From assembly GCF_037042905.1 (NCBI RefSeq), contig NC_087263.1, forward strand, positions 8,620,001 through 8,680,000: DNA of 60,000 bases. Direction: 5' to 3'. The stretch's first letter is position 1; each line of letters begins with the position of its first letter. The position numbers and the translations under genes are program-made. Below, piece by piece: positions 38,708 to 51,487 of the stretch. Source of the stretch: Lytechinus pictus (lineage: Eukaryota). The notes beneath the pieces are model-generated. The model did no database searches, was not told the origin of the DNA, and was given only the letters and a program-made list of their open reading frames with translations.

Positions 38708-39653
38708 TGTGTGGGGAGGGAAAGCGGGTGTGTGAGGGAGGGTTTAATCCTAATTTTCACCGACATCACGATCTTCCTGCCCCCCCCCCATCTTCTCCCT
38801 CTATATTTCACCAATACATTAATGCACATCCTCCTGAATTTTAGATCATGAGCGGCATCCGAAGACTCCTCTCCCGGAGTCCCAGGGTATTTCAAACGCG
38901 CAGCAGGTCATGAATTATGAGTCCTCCCTCGACAGATTAAGTGCATTTAATGATAACATTAATGGTTCATTTATTTGAGACTTATACGCACATGACCTCG
39001 CTCCACAACGAGCTATACATTTAATAGCACAATGGGAGTCAACGTACGCTATATATGTCCGCATTAATGGAGGGTAATGTGGCTATTACTAATAATAATC
39101 CTTCTTATGACTTATTGTTGTTATCAAGGTAATGGCTAACATTCATAATATTAGGCATTCAAAGGGAAACATGGGAACAATATAATACAAATATTATACA
39201 TTTTATTGTGAGAGTTGTTGAATCTTTAGTCCACCGAATTGGGAAGAGGGTTTTTTGGAGGGGAGGAGGTAGTTATGTAACGGCTTCACTAATTATAACT
39301 CAACTGTTTTAAAACCCTTTTCTTTTGTAAGGTATTCGTTTCCCTTTGAAGTAGTATTAATACCTTTGGTAGGAAGTCCGCGTAGTCGGGAAGAAGGCGA
39401 GTGGTGAGTGTGTAATGGCGTCACCGTTTACAATTCAAATATTATGTACGTCTTCTCTTATGAAAGGGCTTCATTTTATAACAATTTCGCAATTTAAAGG
39501 TACTCTGAAAATCAACCTGCACTGCGTAAATAGAAAGAAGAAAAAGTTGAATGAGAAAAAAATGAAAAAAAATTGTACCTTTATACTGACATACATTAAA
39601 ATTTGTATTTCCAATGTACTTGTGAAAGTAAATGTACACACACTTCCTGTCAG

Positions 39654-39807
39654 ATCGTCCGTACTGAGAAAGGGAAGATAGCAGAGAGACATGAATTGTC
39701 AAAGGACACCGAGAGTGCCATCCTGTTTTTGAAGAAGAAACCCGATCTATGCTCATCCTTTTTACACGAAAGTCTCACAGGGGATGTGTTAAATATTAAG
39801 GTTGGAG
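39654..39807 (+). other. Candidate internal exon (154 bp)
   Basis: cttcctgtcAG acceptor and GAG|GTAAGC donor; one open frame IVRTEKGK...NIKVG with no recognisable domain. Confidence 0.3.
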
Positions 39808-39929
39808 GTAAGCTCGACCGAGTTGATACATGCATGTAAGAAGGAAGTTGACAATCAAGAGAAATAAAAAAGACAAAACAGTTGAAAAAATTGCAGGTAA
39901 AATGGAGAGATAGAATAATTGATAGATTA

Positions 39930-39935
<6 letters not shown>

Positions 39936-40000
<65 letters not shown>
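39936..40000. repeat. (TA)n microsatellite
   Basis: tatatata run. Confidence 0.95.
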
Positions 40001-40007
<7 letters not shown>

Positions 40008-40420
40008 CACACTCATAAATATATACGAAACAAATAATATCACGAGTAATGCAAGTTTGCAATGCCAACAGGTTCTTTATTAACTTTCCAAATTTTCGGT
40101 AGCCTTTACATAAAGGTAGACGTATAAATGGATAATGGGAAAGATAGAATGATATGAAGATGACTATACGTATACAGAAGGAAGAATAAATAGAAAAAAA
40201 GATGGAAAGGTAGGTAAATGGAAAATGTTAGATTGAACTGAAATATGGTTAAAGATAGGTTGAAATAGCAGGAGTGAATGACAGAATTTCAGAACCCGCC
40301 CAGAAAGTGGGAAAAGACAGATCAGGGGGAGTGTGATAGAGAGAGAGAGAGAGAGGGGGGAGAGGGTAGACACAACTTGAGAGGTGAGTGTATGTTTTTT
40401 AAACATGTCGTGTTTGGTAA

Positions 40421-40568
40421 TACCTCAGTTACATTTGCTCTACGTCGGCCGTACGGCGAGTCGAATACAGCCGTTTTAACATTCTTATAATGGTTTGAAT
40501 AAAAATGAATAAAAGGGCTGTTTTCGACTCGCCGTACGGGCGCCGTTGGGGGGAATGTGACTGTAGCA
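40421..40568. mobile_element. PIF/Harbinger-like MITE with TAA TSD
   Basis: TAA-TACCTCAGTTACATT...ccgtacggcgagtcgaa / ttcgactcgccgtacgg...AATGTGACTGTAGCA-TAA. Confidence 0.85.
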
Positions 40569-42244
40569 TAACCATAACATGCACGGGCAAATTATCGTTC
40601 TGGTGGTAGTAAAAGCTCAATGTAGGAGTTCCTAGATTTCCCAATCACTATGGCAATATACATTCGAGGATATCATTGTACTTTTGATGACATTAAAGTG
40701 GAGACAGTCACTCTGATATAGGATTATATGAGTTCATGCAACTGTATATTGAATATTAGAGCTCAATTGCAGCCGATTTGTCGAATTAGCAATACATCAT
40801 GGATTCTCGTTTTCTACTTATGCGGTTCGCGATGCGAGTATTTAATTTGTAACAGCCGTTCGGCAAAAGGTTGATGACTATTGGGAACATGAATAATGAG
40901 ACGGAACAGACGTCACAACTGTATGTACAATATAAACAGTTAGAATTAGTGCATCTTTATATGTTTTAGGAAATACAACTTTATCGTTTACAAACGCATA
41001 ATGAGTTACTGTTACGTTTATCAATATGATTATCATCAGGATTACCATGAAAAAATGATGAATTTGGTTGCAGCGCGGAAGGTGACAGCATAGTTACAAA
41101 ACAATGCCATGAATACGTGAAACAATATTGTAAAACATAATGCAGCACGCCATTGAAAGTTCACTTAAATTAACTGCATATAACTTAAGGAGCGGAAATA
41201 TACATGTAACCAAGTTTACCCCCCCCCTCCCCTCCCGACATATCAGTGTAAACCTATCAACACGGATGGGCTAAAGTGAATTTAAGTCGGATTCCAAAGA
41301 AACAAAAACTCAAAATGACGGTATTTAAGTAAAGAGTAATGGGGATTATCATTAAAATAAGCTTATTGTATAATATTAATAATTAGACATAATTTATAAC
41401 TCACTGGGAATTTCAAATATAGAAAGCACTGAAAAACGCAACACACATCAAAGAACAATTACTCCATGACTATCATTTCAACTAGTTATTAATTAGCATA
41501 ATAAACCAAACTAATGGAAATATAACCATCTAAAAAAGACTGAAATTGCGGTCATCTCGAAATAAGGCTAGTTTGAGAATAAATAATTGAGGGGCCACTA
41601 AGAATCGCGATTTGAACGTGGAATATAATGAAATATTGATAAATGTATGAATTGCAAAGAAAAAGAGAAGGGTGATGAGGGTAGCACAAGGAGATTAAGA
41701 AGACTGCAGATTTCCATTGTTTTTTTTATTTGGGGGGGGAGGGGGTTAACCCCTCCATTTTCCATCTGCTCTCTCTTCCCCTCTCCCCCTTTTTGACCTT
41801 ACCATGGTCACTACCCCCTCCCAGCTGCCACTGTCTCCTACATCTCTCTCGCTGTCCCCTGCCCCCTTTTAATGTTTTCCACATCCCCCCCCCCCCTTTC
41901 TGCCTCCTTTGTATAATGTTTTTTTCAAACTCAGGCTATCTTCTCTCCTCACTCATCCCCGGTCCCGAATATCGATGTAAATACTTGATTGATTACTGCC
42001 CACTAATAGCTTTGCAGGAACCTACAGATGCGCTGACGTCATGCAGCTCGCCGCGATGAGCTAATTAAAACAGATAATATTGCCGACGTCTGACTGTGCT
42101 TTTATGAATACAGAAGATTTTTGTTGATAGTGCCTCTCCGCATCACTGATCTGCTGACCAATATTATTTTGTGACTTATCCGATGAGATCACTGTAGCCG
42201 TTATAAGCTGCATTATCATGCATTATTAAAAAGCCAATCACAAA

Positions 42245-42802
42245 CACAGAACAGAGACCATTGAAAGACCACTGAAAGACTTAAAATTGGTTAGGTCCTT
42301 CAGCTGTCTTTAAGATCCCTGAAATTTGTCATCGCTGTGGAATGGCTCAGAAAGACCCCTCAAAGAACTCTGAAAGACTGATGGATATTTATTGTCTTAC
42401 TGGTCTTAGACTAGTCCTATACAGATCTTTCAATGGTCTTTCAGAGATCTTTTATGCAACAAGTGATCTTTCAGAATTCTTTCCATGGACTTTGCCTGGT
42501 CTTTCAATGATCTTTCAATGATCTTTCAAAGATCCCCCATGAATCTTACAGTGATCTCCTTAAAAATCGTGAGAGACTACCGAAAGACCATTTAAAGACC
42601 ATTTTCCTGTAAGACCATTGTAAGACTGTTTTGAACCGTTTCAAAAAGTTTTGGAGCCCATGAAGACCACGGAGACCACTGAAAGATTTGTCAGGACTCG
42701 TGTAAGACCTCAAAGACCATTGTAGGTTCATTGAGAGACCTCTGAAAGATCAACCAGAATGCATGGTCTTTCAGAGGTCTTTCAAAGGTCTTGTTCTCTG
42801 TG
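42245..42802. mobile_element. CACAG-ended non-autonomous element with GAAAGACC subterminal repeats (EnSpm/CACTA-like); copies at 47217-47774 and 52195-52752
   Basis: CACAGAACAGAGACCATTGAAAGACC...GGTCTTTCAAAGGTCTTGTTCTCTGTG; many GAAAGACC/GGTCTTTC motifs. Confidence 0.75.
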
Positions 42803-43188
42803 GAATGGGGGAGGAATAAACTTGAAAGTGACAAACGATTCCATAATTTTATGAATATAGAGCAATACTATTTCTTCAACCTTTCCACATGGTTCGCTTT
42901 ACTTGTATTGCTAATGACGAGACATTAAGAAAGCAAGATGGCGGCAAGTGTATCTTGTTTTTTCGATTAGTAAGTCGTTGAATTAATTGAAGTGGTTAAA
43001 AATTGATTTTGCATCCAAGGTCCACCGACTACTTGACGTACATCTCAAGGTACTTCTCTGGATACTTAATTTCAAAAAGTCGATTTATATAGATCATGTA
43101 CTTTTTACGGTTACCATTTATATTTTAATTTTGCTGAATTCTTATTTACATAATGATTTTTTTTTCAACTAGTGCACACCTAGTTAAC

Positions 43189-43342
43189 AATAATGCATAT
43201 AGCATTTCCATTTATTTGAAAGCAGGATAAAAGAGTATTGTAGATTAAATGCCTTCTCACGGGCATAGGTGCCGCGGCCGGGTATCGAACCCCGGACTTT
43301 CCATGTATAGCCAGGCGCCTTAGATCACTCGGCCACGGCACC
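43189..43342 (-). mobile_element. Short tRNA-derived SINE; copies at 48161-48314 and 53139-53292
   Basis: Minus strand GGTGCCGTGGCCGAGTGATCTAAGGCG...GGTTCGATACCC (A and B boxes) followed by an AT-rich tail. Confidence 0.8.
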
Positions 43343-44681
43343 ATAATGATACCACCGACATCACGATAAGGATTCATATCTATCCTTTCTTTGAATAAAT
43401 CATGACTGTGCATTTAGGGTATTTTAATGCATGTTGCCCCAAGAGATATAAAACCTACTTTTTATTAAAACGATTTTCAGAATTACACCAAAAGGGTATA
43501 CTATTTTTTTTTCGATTTTTACATTACAAACACTCGCCATGCGATTCAGTTCGATTGCTTTAAATCGCTCGTTCAGTTACATTATTTTATTCGTTATATT
43601 ATTACGCTGAGCAAATGATTGTGCATAATATACATAAGATAATTATACATTATCAGAATGTTTTACCCTGGAACCAATATACTTGATGTACGGACAATCA
43701 GGTCAATAATAACTTTATACCATGATTTGTAACATTACTAAGTAATTAAACTTTCAAAGATGTAATGTAATAAGAAGTAGCATATAGGTCTATGTTATGT
43801 TGTAGACTGTGGCTCGTTCATTGAGAAGGGGGGGGTCACCATTTGGGGACACGTGTGTTTTGCTCTCGTGCAATGAAGATTTGTGAAAGGAGAAAGCAGT
43901 AGCGCTCGTTTTGATCCAAGTGTGTGTGTCAGAACCTCCACGTGTTTTATAGAGTGTTTCCTTGACAACATGTACGCTGAACGTGAGTTTTGGCGGCATT
44001 TGAACAGACAAAAAGACATTTAAAGAAAGAGAAAGCTCCAATTTCATCACGTGAAATTCGGAGTCCTTCTGCCCAACTCAAAACTGAATATAAGTGATGA
44101 TTGCATCGACAAAATGAATTAAGGAGAAATGCTTGAACTGAATCATTCTTTATTCAGGTGATTGGTGATCAAAAGTAGCGATAACAATGACGTAATAACA
44201 TAATAAGGTCAGCAAAAACTGGATGCAAGCGATTCAGCAAACCTTCTTTTATTTTGCTAAAGATATAGAAAAGCTGCTTCACCCCATACACTTTCCTTGA
44301 CAATCAAAGGCAAATAATCATTTAATGTTTATCTCAATAATTCTGACAAAAATCGAGCAAACCCATGATATTCTAAATAATTTCGGGGGACGCTTCATGC
44401 TTAAAACTATCCAATGATAAAACAGGAAAAATAATGAGTTGATGGCAGCCTAAGTGGTCAATAATTTTGTGTTTATTTAAATTACATGAGCATAACATAA
44501 ACTTTCATTACCCCCCCCCCCCGACCCCTTTCCAGGAAAATTGTCAGGTTGCATAACTTCATTTATACTAACATATGATTAAAAAAATGCACCTTTTTAA
44601 ATTTCATTTTTCATTTCAAATAAACATTTATTTTCCTCCACTTTACAAAATTTCTTCATTATTGTTAACAAGAATTCGTAT

Positions 44682-46510
44682 GAAATCAATTTCCATGAAG
44701 AATATAAATATATACATCTTATGTGTACAGAGGAAGGCGTAGGTCCCTAGAAGCATATGCTTGTGGTGGGATACGCCTGTGGACATATTAATATATACAA
44801 TACACAAAATACAATACAAAGATAAGAAGGGCTAGAAAAGAGAAGAGAAGGGAATAAAATGGGAAGAAAACGAGAGGGAGAAGTGAGCAGGAAGGCGGGC
44901 ATGAGTTACCGAGTACCGAGCAAATAGAGCGTACAACAATGTATGATGGAGAGAGGGAGAGATAAAAAAATAATGCCGCAACAGTTGCACATTATTCATG
45001 TTAACTTAAGATCAAAATGAATATAAGGTATAAGGATATTCAAGCATAGGATGATAAAATCATTTTTTTATCTTAAATTTTAAGCTAGTTGCTGACAAGG
45101 ATTTTTTTATGTAGTCCGGAAGCTCATTCCATATTTTCGGGCCAGAATAACGGATGTTGTGTTGAAAGATAATCTTTCTATGTTTAGGAATATATATTTC
45201 GTTATTTGTTCAGGTATCAAAATGATTTATATTTGATACATGCGTAAAGAAATTACGAAATTTTTCTGAAATTTGAGAATTTAAACACTTGTACATAAAA
45301 TTACATTGCTGAAGTTTATTTATGTCGTTAATTTCAGCAGTTTCTGGGAATGAAATAAAGATTTCGTGTCTGTTGGTGGTATGATGTCGTTCTCAGAAAT
45401 TATACGCAGAATTTTATTTTGCAGGTAACATAATTTTTTATGATGGGTTTGGTATGTGTTAGCCCAGACCAAATGACAATAATAAAAATATGGCAGGATT
45501 AGAGAGCAATATAATGTACGTAGGACCGGTTTTGGAAGATAAAAGCTTAGGCGATATATAATTCCGATATTTTTCGCTACCTTGTTTTCAATTTCATTTA
45601 TGTGATGTGACCAAGTTAAATTACTGTCAATGATAATACCAAGAAATTTCGTATTTTCAACTCTGGGAATAATTTGGTTATTAAGCCTAACTTCAACATG
45701 ATTAAAATCTATATGCCTTGTAGAGTTGCGGAATATAATGAAATTGCATTTTTTATAATTGATTGTGAGTTTATTTGCACAGAACCATTTACAGACATTA
45801 CTCAATTCGGTATTAACAGTTTCACACAAGTGATAAAGATTTTTATCAGAATAAACTTTGTTTGTATCGTAAGCGTACATGATAAAGGAAAGAAGGTTTG
45901 ATGAACGATATATGTCATTGATAAATAAAATGAATAAGAGCGGGCCAAGTAATGACCCCTGTGGAACTCCGCATGTAATAGTCCTTTATTCGGACTGAAC
46001 ATAATTATATAAGGTACATTGCTTACGATTTAAGAGGTAACTAGAGAAAAGATCAAGGGCAGTCCCGCGAATACCATAGTTATTTAGTTTTGATAAAAGT
46101 ATTGTATGATCAATCGTGTCAAACGCTTTTGACAGGTCAATAAATATTCAAATCGCGAATGAATCGCGTTCAAAAGAGTCAATAATTTTATTAGTTAATT
46201 CAAAGAGAGCCAGTTCTGTTGAATGGTCACTACGGAAACCGTATCGAGATTTAAAAAGACAATTATTTTTTTCAAGAAAGTTATAGGTCCTTTTATAAAT
46301 AACCTTTTCCAATATTTTAGAAAAATAGAGAGGACTGATATGGTCCTGTAATTATTAACCTGTTCTCTATTATCGGTTAAAAAATTGGAGAAATTCTTGC
46401 ATTTTTCATTTTATCTGGTAATATCCCAGAGGCAAGTGATAGATTGAATATATTACACAAAGGTTCGCTTATTAATTCGATTACAAGTTTGACAATCTTA
46501 GGAGAGCAAT
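44682..46510 (-). mobile_element. LINE 3' portion (RT domain, 3'UTR), truncated at the tandem junction, copy 1
   Basis: GVPQGSLLGPLLFILFIND, YAYD, KFLGIIIDSNLTW motifs. Confidence 0.9.
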
Positions 46511-49500
46511 CTGAAATTGCGGTCATCTCGAAATAAGGCTAGTTTGAGAATAAATAATTGAGGGGCCACTAAGAATCGCGATTTGAACGTGGAATATAAT
46601 GAAATATTGATAAATGTATGAATTGCAAATAAAAAGAGAAGGGTGATGAAGGTAGCACAAGGAGATTAAGAAGACTGCAGATTTCCATTGTTTTTTTTAT
46701 TTGGGGGGGGGAGGGGGTTAACCCCTCCATTTTCCATCTGCTCTCTCTTCCCCCTCTCCCCCTATTTGACCTTACCATGGTCACTACCCCCTCCCAGCTG
46801 CCACTGTCTCCTACATCTCTCTCGCTGTCCCCTGCCCCCTTTTAATGTTTTCCACATCCCCCCCCCCCTTTCTGCCTCCTTTGTATAATGTTTTTTTCAA
46901 ACTCAGGCTATCTTCTCTCCTCACTCATCCCCGGTCCCGAATATCGATGTAAATACTTGATTGATTACTGCCCACTAATAGCTTTGCAGTAACCTACAGA
47001 TGCGCTGACGTCATGCAGCTCGCCGCGATGAGCTAATTAAAACAGAGAATATTGCCGACGTCTGACTGTGCTTTTATGAATACAGAAGATTTTTGTTGAT
47101 AGTGCCTCTCCGCATCACTGATCTGCTGACCAATATTATTTTGTGACTTATCCGATGAGATCACTGTAGCCGTTATAAGCTGCATTATCGTGCATTATTA
47201 AAAAGCCAATCACAAACACAGAACAGAGACCATTGAAAGACCACTGAAAGACTTAAAATTGGTTAGGTCCTACAGCTGTCTTCAAGATCCCTGAAATTTG
47301 TCATCGCTGTGGAATGGCTCAGAAAGACCCCTCAAAGAACTCTGAAAGACTGATGGATATTTATTGTCTTACTGGTCTTAGACTAGTCCTATACAGATCT
47401 TTCAATGGTCTTTCAGAGATCTTTTATGCAACAAGTGATCTTTCAGAATTCTTTCCATGGACTTTGCCTGGTCTTTCAATGATCTTTCAATGATCTTTCA
47501 AAGATCCCCCATGAATCTTACAGTGATCTCCTTAAAAATCGTGAGAGACTACCGAAAGACCATTTAAAGACCATTTTCCTGTAAGACCATTGTAAGACTG
47601 TTTTGAACCGTTTCAAAAAGTTTTGGAGCCCATGAAGACCACGGAGACCACTGAAAGATTTGTCAGGACTCGTGTAAGACCTCAAAGACCATTGTAGGTT
47701 CATTGAGAGACCTCTGAAAGATCAACCAGAATGCATGGTCTTTCAGAGGTCTTTCAAAGGTCTTGTTCTCTGTGGAATGGGGGAGGAATAAACTTGAAAG
47801 TGACAAACGATTCCATAATTTTATGAATATAGAGCAATACTATTTCTTCAACCTTTCCACATGGTTCGCTTTACTTGTATTGCTAATGACGAGACATTAA
47901 GAAAGCAAGATGGCGGCAAGTGTATCTTGTTTTTTCGATTAGTAAGTCGTTGAATTAATTGAAGTGGTTAAAAATTGATTTTGCATCCAAGGTCCACCGA
48001 CTACTTGACGTACATCTCAAGGTACTTCTCTGGATACTTAATTTCAAAAAGTCGATTTATATAGATCATGTACTTTTTACGGTTACCATTTATATTTTAA
48101 TTTTGCTGAATTCTTATTTACATAATGATTTTTTTTTCAACTAGTGCACACCTAGTTAACAATAATGCATATAGCATTTCCATTTATTTGAAAGCAGGAT
48201 AAAAGAGTATTGTAGATTAAATGCCTTCTCACGGGCATAGGTGCCGCGGCCGGGTATCGAACCCCGGACTTTCCATGTATAGCCAGGCGCCTTAGATCAC
48301 TCGGCCACGGCACCATAATGATACCACCGACATCACGATAAGGATTCATATCTATCCTTTCTTTGAATAAATCATGACTGTGCATTTAGGGTATTTTAAT
48401 GCATGTTGCCCCAAGAGATATAAAACCTACTTTTTATTAAAACGATTTTCAGAATTACACCAAAAGGGTATACTATTTTTTTTTCGATTTTTACATTACA
48501 AACACTCGCCATGCGATTCAGTTCGATTGCTTTAAATCGCTCGTTCAGTTACATTATTTTATTCGTTATATTATTACGCTGAGCAAATGATTGTGCATAA
48601 TATACATAAGATAATTATACATTATCAGAATGTTTTACCCTGGAACCAATATACTTGATGTACGGACAATCAGGTCAATAATAACTTTATACCATGATTT
48701 GTAACATTACTAAGTAATTAAACTTTCAAAGATGTAATGTAATAAGAAGTAGCATATAGGTCTATGTTATGTTGTAGACTGTGGCTCGTTCATTGAGAAG
48801 GGGGGGGGTCACCATTTGGGGACACGTGTGTTTTGCTCTCGTGCAATGAAGATTTGTGAAAGGAGAAAGCAGTAGCGCTCGTTTTGATCCAAGTGTGTGT
48901 GTCAGAACCTCCACGTGTTTTATAGAGTGTTTCCTTGACAACATGTACGCTGAACGTGAGTTTTGGCGGCATTTGAACAGACAAAAAGACATTTAAAGAA
49001 AGAGAAAGCTCCAATTTCATCACGTGAAATTCGGAGTCCTTCTGCCCAACTCAAAACTGAATATAAGTGATGATTGCATCGACAAAATGAATTAAGGAGA
49101 AATGCTTGAACTGAATCATTCTTTATTCAGGTGATTGGTGATCAAAAGTAGCGATAACAATGACGTAATAACATAATAAGGTCAGCAAAAACTGGATGCA
49201 AGCGATTCAGCAAACCTTCTTTTATTTTGCTAAAGATATAGAAAAGCTGCTTCACCCCATACACTTTCCTTGACAATCAAAGGCAAATAATCATTTAATG
49301 TTTATCTCAATAATTCTGACAAAAATCGAGCAAACCCATGATATTCTAAATAATTTCGGGGGACGCTTCATGCTTAAAACTATCCAATGATAAAACAGGA
49401 AAAATAATGAGTTGATGGCAGCCTAAGTGGTCAATAATTTTGTGTTTATTTAAATTACATGAGCATAACATAAACTTTCATTACCCCCCCCCCCCCCGAC

Positions 49501-49656
49501 CCCTTTCCAGGAAAATTGTCAGGTTGCATAACTTCATTTATACTAACATATGATTAAAAAAATGCACCTTTTTAAATTTCATTTTTCATTTCAAATAAAC
49601 ATTTATTTTCCTCCACTTTACAAAATTTCTTCATTATTGTTAACAAGAATTCGTAT

Positions 49657-51487
49657 GAAATCAATTTCCATGAAGAATATAAATATATACATCTTATGTG
49701 TACAGAGGAAGGCGTAGGTCCCTAGAAGCATATGCTTGTGGTGGGATACGCCTGTGGACATATTAATATATACAATACACAAAATACAATACAAAGATAA
49801 GAAGGGCTAGAAAAGAGAAGAGAAGGGAATAAAATGGGAAGAAAACGAGAGGGAGAAGTGAGCAGGAAGGCGGGCATGAGTTACCGAGTACCGAGCAAAT
49901 AGAGCGTACAACAATGTATGATGGAGAGAGGGAGAGATAAAAAAATAATGCCGCAACAGTTGCACATTATTCATGTTAACTTAAGATCAAAATGAATATA
50001 AGGTATAAGGATATTCAAGCATAGGATGATAAAATCATTTTTTTATCTTAAATTTTAAGCTATAGTTGCTGACAAGGATTTTTTTATGTAGTCCGGAAGC
50101 TCATTCCATATTTTCGGGCCAGAATAACGGATGTTGTGTTGAAAGATAATCTTTCTATGTTTAGGAATATATATTTCGTTATTTGTTCGGGTATCAAAAT
50201 GATTTATATTTGATACATGCGTAAAGAAATTACGAAATTTTTCTGAAATTTGAGAATTTAAACACTTGTACATAAAATTACATTGCTGAAGTTTATTTAT
50301 GTCGTTAATTTCAGCAGTTTCTGGGAATGAAATAAAGATTTCGTGTCTGTTGGTGGTATGATGTCGTTCTCAGAAATTATACGCAGAATTTTATTTTGCA
50401 GGTAACATAATTTTTTATGATGGGTTTGGTATGTGTTAGCCCAGACCAAATGACAATAATAAAAATATGGCAGGATTAGAGAGCAATATAATGTACGTAG
50501 GACCGGTTTTGGAAGATAAAAGCTTAGGCGATATATAATTCCGATATTTTTCGCTACCTTGTTTTCAATTTCATTTATGTGATGTGACCAAGTTAAATTA
50601 CTGTCAATGATAATACCAAGAAATTTCGTATTTTCAACTCTGGGAATAATTTGGTTATTAAGCCTAACTTCAACATGATTAAAATCTATATGCCTTGTAG
50701 AGTTGCGGAATATAATGAAATTGCATTTTTTATAATTGATTGTGAGTTTATTTGCACAGAACCATTTACAGACATTACTCAATTCGGTATTAACAGTTTC
50801 ACACAAGTGATAAAGATTTTTATCAGAATAAACTTTGTTTGTATCGTAAGCGTACATGATAAAGGAAAGAAGGTTTGATGAACGATATATGTCATTGATA
50901 AATAAAATGAATAAGAGCGGGCCAAGTAATGACCCCTGTGGAACTCCGCATGTAATAGTCCTTTATTCGGACTGAACATAATTATATAAGGTACATTGCT
51001 TACGATTTAAGAGGTAACTAGAGAAAAGATCAAGGGCAGTCCCGCGAATACCATAGTTATTTAGTTTTGATAAAAGTATTGTATGATCAATCGTGTCAAA
51101 CGCTTTTGACAGGTCAATAAATATTCAAATCGCGAATGAATCGCGTTCAAAAGAGTCAATAATTTTATTAGTTAATTCAAAGAGAGCCAGTTCTGTTGAA
51201 TGGTCACTACGGAAACCGTATCGAGATTTAAAAAGACAATTATTTTTTTCAAGAAAGTTATAGGTCCTTTTATAAATAACCTTTTCCAATATTTTAGAAA
51301 AATAGAGAGGACTGATATGGTCCTGTAATTATTAACCTGTTCTCTATTATCGGTTAAAAAATTGGAGAAATTCTTGCATTTTTCATTTTATCTGGTAATA
51401 TCCCAGAGGCAAGTGATAGATTGAATATATTACACAAAGGTTCGCTTATTAATTCGATTACAAGTTTGACAATCTTAGGAGAGCAAT
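49657..51487 (-). mobile_element. LINE 3' portion, copy 2
   Basis: Same 186-aa ORF as copy 1 (50297..50857). Confidence 0.9.

Noticed and set aside
42245..42802. ATTGAAAGAC-like repeats resembling a CRISPR array
   Set aside because: The motifs are short, irregularly spaced, in both orientations and bounded by TIRs in eukaryotic DNA; they are transposon subterminal repeats
45320..45880. 186-aa ORF present three times as a tandem gene family
   Set aside because: It is the C-terminal part of a broken LINE RT (YADD degenerated to YAYD), duplicated passively
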